NCBI GenBank assembly: GCA_964016885.1 | Contig: OZ024750.1 | Coordinates: 35,340,001 to 35,404,000, forward strand | Direction: 5' to 3' | DNA length: 64,000 bases | DNA from: Eledone cirrhosa | Taxonomy: Eukaryota | In this document: one piece after another, positions 12,205 through 24,098 of the stretch | Layout of the letters: every line of letters begins with the position of its first letter | How positions within the stretch are numbered: the stretch's first letter is position 1 | Translations under genes and position numbers: made by a program | Notes under the pieces: model-generated | Database searches by the model: none | What the model was told of the DNA's origin: nothing | What the model saw: only the letters and a program-made list of their open reading frames with translations

Positions 12205-12569
12205 TAATATCGTCTTTTTTTAATGTATCATGGATTACGTTACTGATTACATAAGGTAGTTGAACGCAGTCTTTGTTCAATTTCTGTGTATATTGTCAAT
12301 TATGATTTTATTTTATCATATCTACATGCATATATACTTGTGTATAATATCAATATACACACTACACATGCTAGCAGATATATATAATCTTTTTTTAATG
12401 TATCGTGGATTACGTTACTGATTACATAAGGCAGTGTAACACAGTCTTCGTTCAATTTCTGTGTATATTGTCAATTACGATTTTATTTGATGTATCATAT
12501 CTATATGTTAATATACCTGTGTTTAATATATACATATAGATATGATACATCAAATAAAATCGTAATTGA
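12205..12569. repeat. ~175-bp tandem duplication followed by a short inverted copy
   Basis: 12213-12330 resembles 12388-12510. 12534-12569 is the reverse complement of ~12471-12506. Confidence 0.8.
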
Positions 12570-12779
12570 TTAAAGATGTGTGTCTCAGTTGTTAACATCT
12601 AATTACAGCAATATTAATATTATATTTAATTATTCTTGGTTAATTAACAAAAATTAGAATCATGTATATGAAGTTCTTTATATGTTACAAGCATAGTAGC
12701 TGTATGTTTATAATCTTTATTTCTGCAAGTCGCACAGATCCATTCTTATAGGATATTGGCTTGTTAAAAATCGTATTAA

Positions 12780-12990
12780 CCCTTTAGCATTTAAACCAGC
12801 CATATCCGGCCAGAATTCTCTTACCTCTTTCTGTTCAAACTGGCTGTTCATACTTATGTTATACTATTGTTCTCAAAATAGATATCAAAATCTTGTAGAT
12901 TTGATATTATGTGAGATAATAATGATGTGAGGTAAAACCTTTAATGTGAAAATACAATAGTAAATATAGAGTAATGTAAATGCTAAAGGT
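12780..12990 (+). mobile_element. piggyBac-like MITE
   Basis: TTAA flanks, same TIR and body. More copies at 47682-47899 (+) and 62960-63144 (-). Confidence 0.85.
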
Positions 12991-13889
12991 TTAAGTTACA
13001 TCTCGTTTCACTGTCCCCAAACATATTTGAGTTTTCTCATTCTCAAAAATCAGGAAAAGAGAATAATTTAAGATTAGATGTACCGTATGTACTTGAATAG
13101 GAAAAAATCCAAACATTGTGTATAAGCCAAGGCAGGGAATCAACGGATTATGTTTAGATGGTGTGGAGAATATATTATGAAGTTTTCAGAATTTAATATT
13201 TAAAAGGTTTTAAGTGTTGTTTAGAGTAGACTTTTTTATTTCACAAATCCATTATGTAATGATTTTTTTTTTGTCGATTTCTAACCATTTTTAAGGCCAT
13301 ATATCAAAGACAATAGGAAATACAAATTTTATGTCGAAAGTGAAACTGGTGCAATATTCACCTCCGAAGTGAAACCAGTGTAATACCTCACCACCACTAT
13401 ATATAGGATAAAAATAAAGATCCCATAACTCCTTGTGGAATCGTAAAGGCACTGTAATACAGTGTATTTAGGGCACTTTTAAACCTGGGGGAGTCCAACC
13501 CTCTCCAGGTCGGAATGCAGCCAATTTTTTCTACAGAGGAAGAATCGACCCCAGTACAGGACTGGTACTTTTTTTATCGACCTTGAAAGGATGAAAGACA
13601 AAGTTGACCATGGCGGGATTTAAACTCAGAGCGCACAATGAAGTGGGACGAACACCATAAAGTATTCTATCAGACGTCTTATCAACTCTGCCTATTCACC
13701 GCTATACTATAAGAGTATAAGTTACAGAAGTAGATAAATTGCATCTTCATTTTACATATAATATTTACAATGTTCCATAAATTATCAATTTAGGTTTTGT
13801 AGGTTCGGTAGATAAATTGCAGCTCATTTTCCATGTGACAACATTATAAGGCCAGCCAAGTTACATACTAAAGCGAGGGTTAGTCTTGT

Positions 13890-14095
13890 GGGTCCTTTGA
13901 TGAATCTCTCCACTTTGCCCAATAATATGCATCCACACCTCACCAAGCTCCTGTTTTTTATTTCCTTCTCCATCATCTTCAGCTATCTCTTTTTTGGTCT
14001 TACTCTCCCTCTACTTACTTCTATATTTATTTCCATCACTCCTCTCACCCAGTCACTTTCATCATTCCTCAACACATGACCCAAACATCTCTTTC
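13890..14095 (-). mobile_element. RTE LINE 3' fragment
   Basis: Minus strand GHVLRNDESDWVRGVMEINIEVSRGRVRPKKR. Confidence 0.7.
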
Positions 14096-14104
14096 CTCAG
14101 AAAA

Positions 14105-15011
14105 GAAAAACCAAGAGTGAACATAGCTAAGACAAAGGTGTTGATAAGTAGGAAAGGGGAGAAAACTCTGATTCCAACAGGGAAATGGCCACGTTCGATA
14201 TGAAGAAAAGGAGTTGGCATTAACTCTATAGAATATACACAATGCACATCTTGGGTACATAAGAGGTGTAGTGGGATAGCAGGCAAACTAACAGGAAGGG
14301 AAAACTTCATATGTGGTAGATGTTCAGGGAAATTGATAGTAGAAGTGTCAGTGATAGGTACATTTTTCAAATGCTGGTAGGATCTATAGAGGTGGTTGAT
14401 AGCTTCCGATACCTAGGTAATCAGATTAGCAAGGGAGGAGGATGCTCTGAGGCCATAGTATCTAGAATAAGGACAGGATGGAAGAAGTTTAAGGAGCTGC
14501 TTCCTCTGTTGACAAAGAAGGGTTTCTCCCTATAAACGAAAGGTCAGTTATATGATGCTTGTGTGAGATGCACGATGTTGCATGGTAGTGAGACATGGGC
14601 AGCAACTGCAGAGGATATGCGATGGCTGGAGAGAAATGAAGCAAGCATGCGCCGATGGATGTGCAATGTCAATGAGCGTGGATGACCAATCATGGATGAG
14701 TTGAGAGTGAAATTGTGTATAGGAGGAAGAAACTGCAGTGTGTAGAAGAGAAGACTGCGTTGGTATGGACATGTGATGCACTTGGAGGATGACAGCTGGG
14801 TGAAGAAGTGTTAAGAAATCCTGTTGGAGGGAAGACGCAGTAGAGGAAGACCACCTAAAACATGGACGGAGGTGGTGAGAGCTGACCTCAGATTGCTGAA
14901 GCTCACAGAGATGACAAAGAAGCGTGATGAATGGAGAGAGGCTGTACTGAAGAGGACCCACCCCACCGTTGTAAGCAGGGAAAAGCGGATGTAAAATGAC
15001 GATGATGATGA
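14105..15011 (+). mobile_element. RTE-clade LINE, 5'-truncated and degraded, with (GAT)n tail
   Basis: RVNIAKTKVL, a Cys-rich GKWP..IC...WVHKRC segment, EVVDSFRYLG, MLHGSETW, LRWYGHV and RGRP motifs, with several stops. Confidence 0.9.
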
Positions 15012-15777
15012 TATATATCAAATAAGAGTAGTTAAGACAGTATTATTTCAGCATAATTGTTTATTGCATGATACATATTTCTGTTACATGGTTATGCATG
15101 TGACTTCATCAGATTCTTATGCAATCATAGGTGCAGTTATGCAATCATTGAGATATGCTGCTGGCCATGTGTAACTATCCTGTAGTGATGGCAGCAGGAA
15201 TACTATATATACATAAATAAATATATAGTTATATAGTTTTATAGAAAGAAAAAACAGTTTTATACCCATATATATTCTTAGTATACAACAAAAGAGTTTT
15301 CGGTAACATTTCTGCACTATTTATAAACTATTTACATTCTCATTTAAACAACATTTATTTTCATAAAACTATGTTTTAGTACTTTATTATAAAGTTCAGT
15401 AGAAGTAAAATATCTATGAACTTGTACACTATTAGAATAAATGTCTTGAACTTAAAAATGTTATTTTTATGTTCTATATTCATCCTAATTTCAAGAAAGT
15501 AGCACCAAATTACAACTTTTACTTTTACTTTGCAAACCTAATTGTTTCTGTCATGTAAGGTTGCGTTTAGCAATGTACACTGTGCAGTGTAAGTATGTTA
15601 TTTCATTCTTAACTCTGCCTATATAATAAAATATAGCAAAAACAAATAAAATATGAGGTGTGAGAGAAAAAAATATATATCTGCGAAATAAATTCTGCTT
15701 GAAGTTGAATAATTTTCCTGATGTAGTTGTTTTCTGTTGAGATATAAAATATAGAGGAAAGCAAATAGCATGTTTAA

Positions 15778-16452
15778 GCCTTTCGTGACCATATCTCTAA
15801 CAAGATCAGCTTGTCAGTATATTTCAATTAATTCTCCAAATAATTGAGAATTTTCAGTGATTTTCAGTAAGTATAGTGTATGTTTATTGGTATGTGTGTT
15901 TGGTGTGTGTATTTGGTATATATTTAGAATACAACTTAAAAGAAGAAATGTTTACCTACTAAAACCTTACATTGTCGTTTATATTTTAACTAGAATTTCA
16001 CCTGTATCTTTCTTAATAATAAAACCCCTTTAATATGAGCTGTGGTGGGTATATTGCTATTGAATGGGTTCACAAGACTAACTCTCTGTTAGTTAATAAT
16101 ATGAACTGTGATGGGTACAATGCCATTGGAAAGGTTAAAAAATAGCTCTCTGCTAATTAATAATAAAACCCCTTTAATATGAGCTGTAGTGGGTACATTG
16201 CTATTGAAAGGGTTAAAAAGAATAACTATTTGTTAATCTATAATAAGACCACTTTAATATGAGCTGTAGTGGGTACATTGCTATTGAAAGGGTTAACAAG
16301 AATAACTATTTGTTAATCTATAATAAGACCACTTTAATATGAGCTGTAGTGGGTACATTGCTATTGAAAGGGTTAACAAGAATAACTATTTGTTAATTTA
16401 TAATAAGACCACTTTAATATGAACTGTGGTGGGTACATTGCTATTGAAAGGG
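15778..16452. mobile_element. piggyBac-like MITE whose right end is tandemly repeated (80-bp units)
   Basis: Starts TTAA|GCCTTTC. The terminus GAAAGGG|TTAA recurs in units spaced 80 bp apart (16181, 16261, 16341, 16421), with two diverged units before them. Confidence 0.6.
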
Positions 16453-16702
16453 TTAAAAATGTCGCTGTTCTAAACTTAAAAGTAATAACAGCAGGTAGAG
16501 TAGAAAGTTGTCAATAAAGTCTTGTCAGTAAATCTGTGTTAAATGTCAGAATTAAAGTTCAGTCGGTGTTAACATAAGACATCTCCATTAGTTTATCTGT
16601 TTGACATTGATTACAAGTGCAGAAATAAAGTGAAACATCATACTGTGTCTATTTCTCAAGTTTTAACTTATCACACTACCAATTATCAAGGTTATTATAG
16701 AA

Positions 16703-17300
16703 GTAAGAGCTAAGTATGTTTTTAACTCCAGCTCAGAAATAAATCATATCTATTTTTGTATATTAAATAAAATAACTAAATAATAATAATAATGATTGTT
16801 TCTATTCATCATCATCATCATCATCATCATCATTTTAAGTCCGCTTTTCCCTGCTTGCAAGGGTGGGATGGGAACTGATTCTGGCTTGATTTCTACAGCT
16901 GGACGCCCTTCCTAACACCAACCTCATTTACAGTGAGTGCTTAGGTGCTTTTTTACCGTGGTGCCTACACGTCCACTTTACAGTGAGTGCTGGGTGCTTT
17001 TTTGCCGTGGCACCTCCACAACCACTTTGCAGTGGAATGATAGGGACCCCAGTCCCTATCATCTCATTTCTACAGCTGAGTAAACTGGAGGAATGTGTAA
17101 TAAAGTGTCTTGCTCAAGGAAACAACACATCACCCGGTCTGAGAATTGAACTCACAACCTTTCAATTGCAAGGCGAATGCTCTAACCACTAAGCCATGCG
17201 CTTCCATATTATTATTATTATTATTTAGTTATTTCATTTAATATACAAAAATAGATATGATTTATTTCTGAGCTGGAGTTAAAAACATACTTAGCTCTTA
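16703..17300. repeat. ~90-bp inverted repeats with (TAA)n ends enclosing a SINE
   Basis: 16703-16792 is the reverse complement of ~17210-17300. Confidence 0.85.
16808..17204 (-). mobile_element. SINE family B
   Basis: Reverse complement of the 4618-4960 copy, with an internal duplication. Confidence 0.9.
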
Positions 17301-17304
17301 TAAT

Positions 17305-18312
17305 AATAATTTTTCTACTTTTGGCACAAGTCCAGCAATTATCCCAGTGTATTACTGGTATTTTATTTTATCGACCCCATAAGGATGAAAGGCAAAGTTA
17401 ACCTCGACGGGATTTGAACTCAGACCATAAAGGGGCATAACTATGCTAGAAAGCATGGTGTCCAACCCTCTACCGATACTGCCAATTCACCCTCATTTAG
17501 GCACAAGGCCAACAATTTTAAGGAAAGGGAAAATCAATTAAATTGACTCCAATACATTACTGATACTTTATTTTATTGACCCCATAAAGATGGAAGGTAA
17601 AGCTAACCTCTGCAGGATTTGAATTCAGACTGTAAAGGGCCATAAACTGTATGCCATAAAGCATGTTGTCCTACATTCTACTGATACTGCCAATCCAATG
17701 ATAATAATTGTTTCTACTTTAGGCACAAGGCCAGCAATCACCCAGTGCATTACTGGTACTTTATTTTATCGACCCCGTAAGGATGAAAGGCAAAGTCAAC
17801 CTCGGCGGGATTTGAACTCAGATCATAAAGGGACGTAACTATGCTGGAAAGCATGGCGTCCGACCCTCTACCGATACTGCCAATCCACCGCCAATGATAA
17901 TAATGGTTTCTGATTTAAGGCCGACAATTTTGGGAGAAGGGAAAGTCCAGTGTATTACCGGTACTTTGTTTTATCAACCTCGTAACAATGAAAGATAAAG
18001 CTAACCTCAGCAAGATTTGAACTCAGAACATAAAACAATGTAACTATATGTCACCAAGCATGTTGTCCAACGCTCTACCAGTCCAACAACCTATATTAAA
18101 GTTAAATTATAATAATGGTTTCTGATTTAGGCACAAGGCCAACAATTCTTTTTTTTTAGGGTGTGGGGGAGAAGGAAAATCAATTAAATCGACTCCAGTG
18201 TATTACTGGTACTTTATTTTATCAACCCTGTAAGGATGAATGGAAGGCAGAACTAACCTCAGCGGGATTTGAACTTAGAACTTAAAGGGCCGTAACTCTA
18301 TGCTGCAAAGCA
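17305..18312 (-). mobile_element. Cluster of five head-to-tail SINE family A copies
   Basis: Copies start at ~17310, 17497, 17706, 17905 and 18115. The third has TSD CCAATGATAATAAT. Confidence 0.88.
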
Positions 18313-18647
18313 TATAGTTGGCATGTCTAAATAATGATAAGTTAAGAAAATCATCATCATCCTCATCATCATCATTTTTGCATCTACTTTTTCACACAGC
18401 CATGGGTTGGAGAGATGTTTCTGAGGCAGTGTGTTTTCACAGCAAGAGCCCCTCATGATGCTAACTTTTATGATATACATGAGTATAAAACACATCACTA
18501 TAGTGATAGGCTGTGTTGTAAAGTATAGCGATGTTTACTAAAATCAAACTTGTAGACACGGCATGATCAAATGGTTAAGAAATAGAGCTACACAGTCCTG
18601 GGTTTAATCCCACAGCATGGTCAAAGTGTTAAGAAGTAGAGTTACAC

Positions 18648-18834
18648 CAGACGTTTTCAAAGTGGGTGCTACTGCCCTGTGGGGGGCCTTTAGAAGGTCC
18701 AGGGGATGGTAGAGATGATATAATAGTATATTGAATATCAAATGATACATATATATATAAATATAGTAAAATAAAAATATGTAATAATTATTTATACATA
18801 GTATATATTATATTATCTATTATATATATATTAT

Positions 18835-18891
<57 letters not shown>

Positions 18892-19240
18892 TAACGATTT
18901 TATTTATTATATATTATTTACAATTTATTATATATTATTTACAAAGGGCGGTGGATTGGCAGTATCGGTGGAGGGTCGGACGCCATGCTTTCCAGCATAG
19001 TTACGTCCCTTTACGATCTGAGTTCAAATTCCGCCGAGGTTGACTTTGCCTTTCATCCTTACGGGGTCGATAAAATAAAGTACCAGTAATGCACTGGGTA
19101 ATTGCTGGCCTTGTGCCTAAAGTAGAAACAATTATTTACAATTTGTGTAGACAGGTCTCTCTGGAAACAGGGGTGTGGGCGCTGAGGGTATTATGTGGCC
19201 GTGAGGGGGAGCGCTGACCCAGAAATTTTGAGAGCCACTG
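18648..19240. mobile_element. hAT/Charlie-like MITE containing (TA)n and a SINE
   Basis: CAGACGTTTTCAAA...TTTGAGAGCCACTG ends; degenerate TSD AGTTACAC/AGCTACAG. Confidence 0.6.
18947..19134 (+). mobile_element. SINE family A, consensus-like copy
   Basis: Full length. More copies at ~31924-32140, 36115-36320, 37363-37522, 38511-38626, 40900-41215 (two), 41615-41802 (TSD CTTTTCAATAAT) and 47988-48176. Confidence 0.9.
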
Positions 19241-19309
19241 AGCTACAGAGTCCTGGGTTCAATCCCACAGCATGGCAACTTGGGAAAAATGTGAAATATT
19301 CTGAAGAAG

Positions 19310-19655
19310 GAGGCACATGGCTTAGTGGTTAGAGCATTGGCCTTGCAATCGAAAGGTTGTGAGTTCAATTCTCGGACCGGGTGATGCGTTGTTTCCTTGA
19401 GCAAGACACTTTATTTCACATTGCTCCAGTTTGCTCAGCTGTAGAAATGAGATGATAGGGACTGGGGTCCATATCATTCCACTGCAAAGTGGTCGTGGAG
19501 GTGCCATGGCAAAAAAGCACCCAGCACTCACTGTAAATGAGGTTGGTGTTAGGAAGGGCATCCAGCTGTAGAAATCAAGCCAGAATCAGTTCCCGTCCCA
19601 CCCTTGCAAGCAGGGAAAGCGGACGTAAAATGAAATGAAATGAAAAAATGAAATG
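19310..19655 (+). mobile_element. SINE family B
   Basis: Near identical to 4618-4960. Partial or variant copies also at ~22675-22870, 32220-32452, 34986-35220, 35572-35780, 37578-37730 and 43950-44142. Confidence 0.9.
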
Positions 19656-20034
19656 AAGGGTATAGATGATTATACCAGCTATAGTAATCTATTGCTGCTT
19701 ATTGACCCTGGAGGGATGGAAAACAGAATTAACTTCCAGCTTAATTTGTACTCAGAACATTTAAGGACATCACTTACACTGCAAGGTATTTTGTCTCATG
19801 CACAACTAATTCTGCCACTTTCTTACTTTTTATATAATTGTATGTGTGTGTATGTATGTATATATATATATACCATCCAAAATCACCGGGAGAGATGACC
19901 CCTTAGCCTTTGTCAAGGCAGAATTCTAGGAGAAGGAAAACTCTGATATAATACCTGCAACCCTGATGGTATCCAATGATGTTGACTTGTTCTTCTTTTT
20001 GGTAAATATCATCTTGGTTAAGAGAGTGGGACTG

Positions 20035-20297
20035 GCTTTGTGCAGTGCCTTTGCTCACTATAAAAGCTTCACGGCACAGGCATTGCTTTATATCTGGAGA
20101 TCTCTCTGCACTTGTCGTCACATGGTACCATGGGCCCAGCACTATGTGTCAATAATTGTCACAAGTGTAGTGTTTGTACCAGAGTTTTCAAGTCGCTGGC
20201 TGGACTAAAAAGTCACACTCGTCAGCGCATCGGTAGGGGTTCTCCTACATGGATATAAAGTAATGGCCGTACTCGAAAACGAGTTGGCAGCCACCAT
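20035..20297 (+). mobile_element. RTE-type LINE 3' end with terminal zinc finger
   Basis: HKCSVCTRVFKSLAGLKSHTR followed by a short UTR with hairpin ACTCG-AAAA-CGAGT. Confidence 0.6.
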
Positions 20298-20324
20298 ATA
20301 TATACATACATACATATATATATA

Positions 20325-21119
20325 TACAAAATAATCTTCTCAAATACCTTTTTTTAACTGTGTATTGAAAATGTAAACACAAAATTCTTCGTAACCCTTA
20401 ACATAGATATAAAAATATTTAAATTATCTATCTAGTGAAAATAACAACATATTTACTCACCAAAAATATTTATATAAATACTTATATAAATAACCTGTTA
20501 TAATATAATAAACTAAAATATACGTATAAATATTATCTATATAATATTAAAACTCATAATTTAAATAGATCCAATAATTTGTTGTATATCTCAATTTAAA
20601 AAAATGTTAAATTGGTATTCTACCGCTTCAAAACATCTTTAACTCTCATATATTTATAGATACTACCAAAATATATGATTATATAATTAAATAATTAAAT
20701 ATATTTATATCACTCTCCTTACACCATCACTGATATGATCCATACAATTTTATCTTAATAATAATAGTGTATTTCTAACTATAATTTTTTCTTGTATTAA
20801 TATTAGCCTCTCTTTTTCTTCTTCCCTTATAAATTATCCTAATTATTTAAATTTACCTAGCGTCTAAATAAAATGATATTTTTTCAGCCTTACGTTTCAA
20901 CCTCATTTACATATTCATCCTAAAGATTTGAAATTTTTCTTTCACTTTCCAAACTGAACCTGAATCAATAAGGTCTGGTTTCTTGGGTATGTCACCATTT
21001 ATAAAACAAATTTTGTATTTTATCTGATGAGAGCGTACCAAACTTTTGGTATCCTTGAAATATATATAATAAAATAAATATGGTTTTATAAATATTGTTT
21101 CCATTTATTAATATCATTG

Positions 21120-21120
<1 letters not shown>
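20325..21120 (+). mobile_element. 3' remnant of a PLE (AT-rich UTR plus pLTR with hammerhead)
   Basis: Lies between TA-rich microsatellites and ends in the HHR at 21017. Its tail recurs in inverted orientation at ~27735-27800 and ~46960-47100. Confidence 0.6.
21017..21075 (+). ncRNA. Type I hammerhead ribozyme, canonical core
   Basis: ATTTTAT CTGATGA GAG C GTACCAAA CT TTTGGTAT C CTT GAAA TATATA TA ATAAAAT. Confidence 0.82.
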
Positions 21121-21150
<30 letters not shown>

Positions 21151-21397
21151 GTTGGTGTTAGGAAGGGCATCCAGCCGTAGAAAACCTGCCAGACAATCCT
21201 ATACGAGCAAGACAACTAATCTTGCCTCAAGTGGGACAATTCCCGTCTAAACCCATGTTAGCGTGGAAGATAGACATTAAGCGATGATGATGATGATGAT
21301 ATATATATGTATATATATACATATGTATATATATATATATATGTATATAGATATATATATATGTATATATATATATATGTATATAGATATATATATG

Positions 21398-21430
<33 letters not shown>

Positions 21431-21478
21431 GTATATAGATATATATATGTGTGTGTGTGTGTGTGTGTATATATATAA

Positions 21479-22570
21479 TTTAGATAAGCGGAGCAAGCAA
21501 GATTCAAACAAATTTTTTAAATAAATTAAAAAATATAATTTAAATATTCACCTATTCCTTTTGCTTTTACCGACAGTTTCATTTCACAAAGATTGGAGAT
21601 CCTAGAGACTTCAGAAAGCATTTTCCCTACCTAGGAAGTAAAGTCCCAGGAACAGCAAAATACATTGCCATCTGCCGGCTAGTACAGGATCGAATGAGGC
21701 CGTAAACTTGACCTGTGCATGAACCAGCCCTTAGTAGAAGCGGAAGTAAACATAGACGTGTTGTCTATCACAACACTAAAAATAGCAGCTAAATAGAACA
21801 ACAGATTTGTTCTCTACATAACGGAGTATATATAAAAAGGAAACATATAGGGTGTCTATGATACAGTGGTTGTTCCATGGTATTAATTTGACATACCAGA
21901 ACTATAAAATTGAGATAAGCGGAGCAAGCAAGATTCAAACAATTTTTTAAAATAAATTAAAAAATATAATTTAAATATTCACCTATTCCTTTTGGGTTTA
22001 CTGACAGTTTCCCTTCACAAAAGATTGGAGAACCTAGGGTCTTCCAATGGAAATGTTCAGATCTTCAGAAAGCATTTTCCCTACCTAGGATGTAAAGACC
22101 CAGGAACAGCAAAATACATTGCCATCTACCACTAGTACAGGATCGAATGAGGCTGTAGGGAAAATGCTTTCTGAAGATCTGAACATTTACATGCACAGGT
22201 CAAGTTTACGGCCTCATTCGATCCTGTACTAGCCAGCAGATGGCAATGTATTTTGCTGTTCCTGGGACTTTACGTCCTAGGTAGGGAAAATGCTTTCTGA
22301 AGATCTGAACATTTCCATTGGGAGTCCCTAGGATCTCCAATCTTTTGTGAAGTGAAACCGTTGGTAAAAGCAAAAGGAATAGGTGAATAATTAAATTATA
22401 TTTTAAATTTATTTTTTAAAAAATGTTTGAATCTTGCTGCTCTGCTTATCTCAATTATATAGTTCTGGTATGTCAAATTAATACCACAGAACAACCACTG
22501 TATCATAGACACCCTATATATTTCCAGGGGTACTTAGTACCTGTGGTGATATTGATCTCCTTTTTATATA
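21479..22570. mobile_element. Complex tandem plus inverted pLTR cluster (two minus copies, one plus copy)
   Basis: Homologous ~300-400-bp units at ~21479-21850 (-), ~21842-22158 (-) and ~22190-22570 (+). Bounded by TA-rich microsatellites. Confidence 0.85.
22291..22372 (+). ncRNA. Type I hammerhead ribozyme with extended stem II
   Basis: TGCTTT CTGAAGA ... internal hairpin ATTGGGAGTCC/GGATCTCCAAT ... GAAAC CGTTG GTA AAAGCA. Antisense copies at ~21562-21620 and ~21992-22073. Confidence 0.7.
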
Positions 22571-23004
22571 TGTATATATATAAATATATATATATGTATA
22601 TATATAAACATATGTATATATATATAAATATATATATATATAAATATATATATATATGGCGGCACATATATATGGAGGCACATGGCAAGCGAAAGGTTGT
22701 GAGTTCAGTTTCTCAGACAGGGTGATGTGTTGTTTCCTTGAGCAAGACACTTTATTTCACATTGCTCCAGTTTACTGGGGTCCCTATCATTCCACTGCAA
22801 AGGGGTCGTGCAGGTGCCACGGCAAAAAAACACCCAGCCCACACTGTAAAGTGGACGTGTAGGCGCCACGGAATTCTCGTATAATATATGTCGCATCCAT
22901 TCCACCCTATAAATATGAAACTGTTCTTTACAACATCAATATATATGTATCTATATGATTGTTCAGTTGAATAGGAGGCTAATTATAGGTACAAACATTG
23001 TTAA

Positions 23005-23051
23005 TGCTGTGATGATTCCAAACGAAAGTTTGGAAGAAACGATTGTCAGCA
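23005..23051 (+). ncRNA. Type I hammerhead ribozyme with one core substitution (C3G)
   Basis: TGCT GTGATGA TTCCAAAC GAAA GTTTGGAA GAAAC GATT GTC AGCA. Perfect 8-bp stem II capped by a GNRA loop; GUC cleavage site. Confidence 0.75.
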
Positions 23052-23778
23052 ATAAAATGATTTGAACATAACTTTGATAATTGTGTAATTTATATTCCTG
23101 CTCTGTAAAACACTTGATGTTCTTACATTGAGCTATTTCTCTTACTGGTGATAAGGTAGTAATAAATTACTGACCTTTCCTGTTTATAGTTGTTTATAGT
23201 GTATACATAACTATAAATAATACTATTATTATTATATATGTATATATATATATTTGTATATATCTATATGTATATATATATATATGTATATATGTATATA
23301 TATATGTATATATATATGTATATACACATTTATATATGTATATATGTATATATATATATGTATGTATATATATATCTATATATGTATGTATATATGTATA
23401 TATATATCTATATATGTATGTATATATGTATATATACATGTATATATATATGTATATATATATGTATATATATATGTACATATGTATATATATATGTATA
23501 TATATGTATATATTAATATATATATGTACATATGTATGTATATATGTATATATATATGTATATATGTATATATATATGTATATATATATGTATATATGTA
23601 TATATGTATATATATGTATATATATGTATATATGTATGTATATATGTATATATATATATGTATATATATATTTTTATTTTTAATTTCATTCGCACCGTTT
23701 CCTCCCACCCCCTTTTCGCTATATGTCTCTCCACCACTCCCCTACACACCCTTTGAACTCTCTTCCCACACACTTTTC

Positions 23779-23810
23779 ACCTGAAGAAGGGCTTATGCCC
23801 GAAACGTCGT
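23779..23810 (+). ncRNA. Minimal PLE-type hammerhead motif
   Basis: AC CTGAAGA A GGGC TTAT GCCC GAAAC GTC GT. Followed by AATAAA, a pyrimidine tail and (TA)n. Confidence 0.65.
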
Positions 23811-23897
23811 TCCCCACCACCACCCCACTCTCAAGAGCGTGAAATTAATAAACATTCGTTGTACTGCCTCTCTGTTTTGTTCCTGTTCAAATGTTCC

Positions 23898-23954
<57 letters not shown>

Positions 23955-24098
23955 TAAAAGAGAAAACACAGGTAAGCATTAAGAGAAGGATTTAATCCAG
24001 GTATTTACGACCGTTTCATTGGTAAGTGCAACCTTATATTGCTATACTGCAAATAGCAGCCACTCAATTATAATTGTTGTTCACAGTCCAAATTTTCA

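Noticed and set aside
15117-15181. Small minus-strand exon (DSYTWPAAYLNDCITAPMIA*)
   Set aside because: Too short, weak acceptor, no recognisable homology.
20159-20232. C2H2 zinc-finger host exon
   Set aside because: It is a single incomplete finger with no TGEKP linkers, in the position typical of an RTE ORF terminus.
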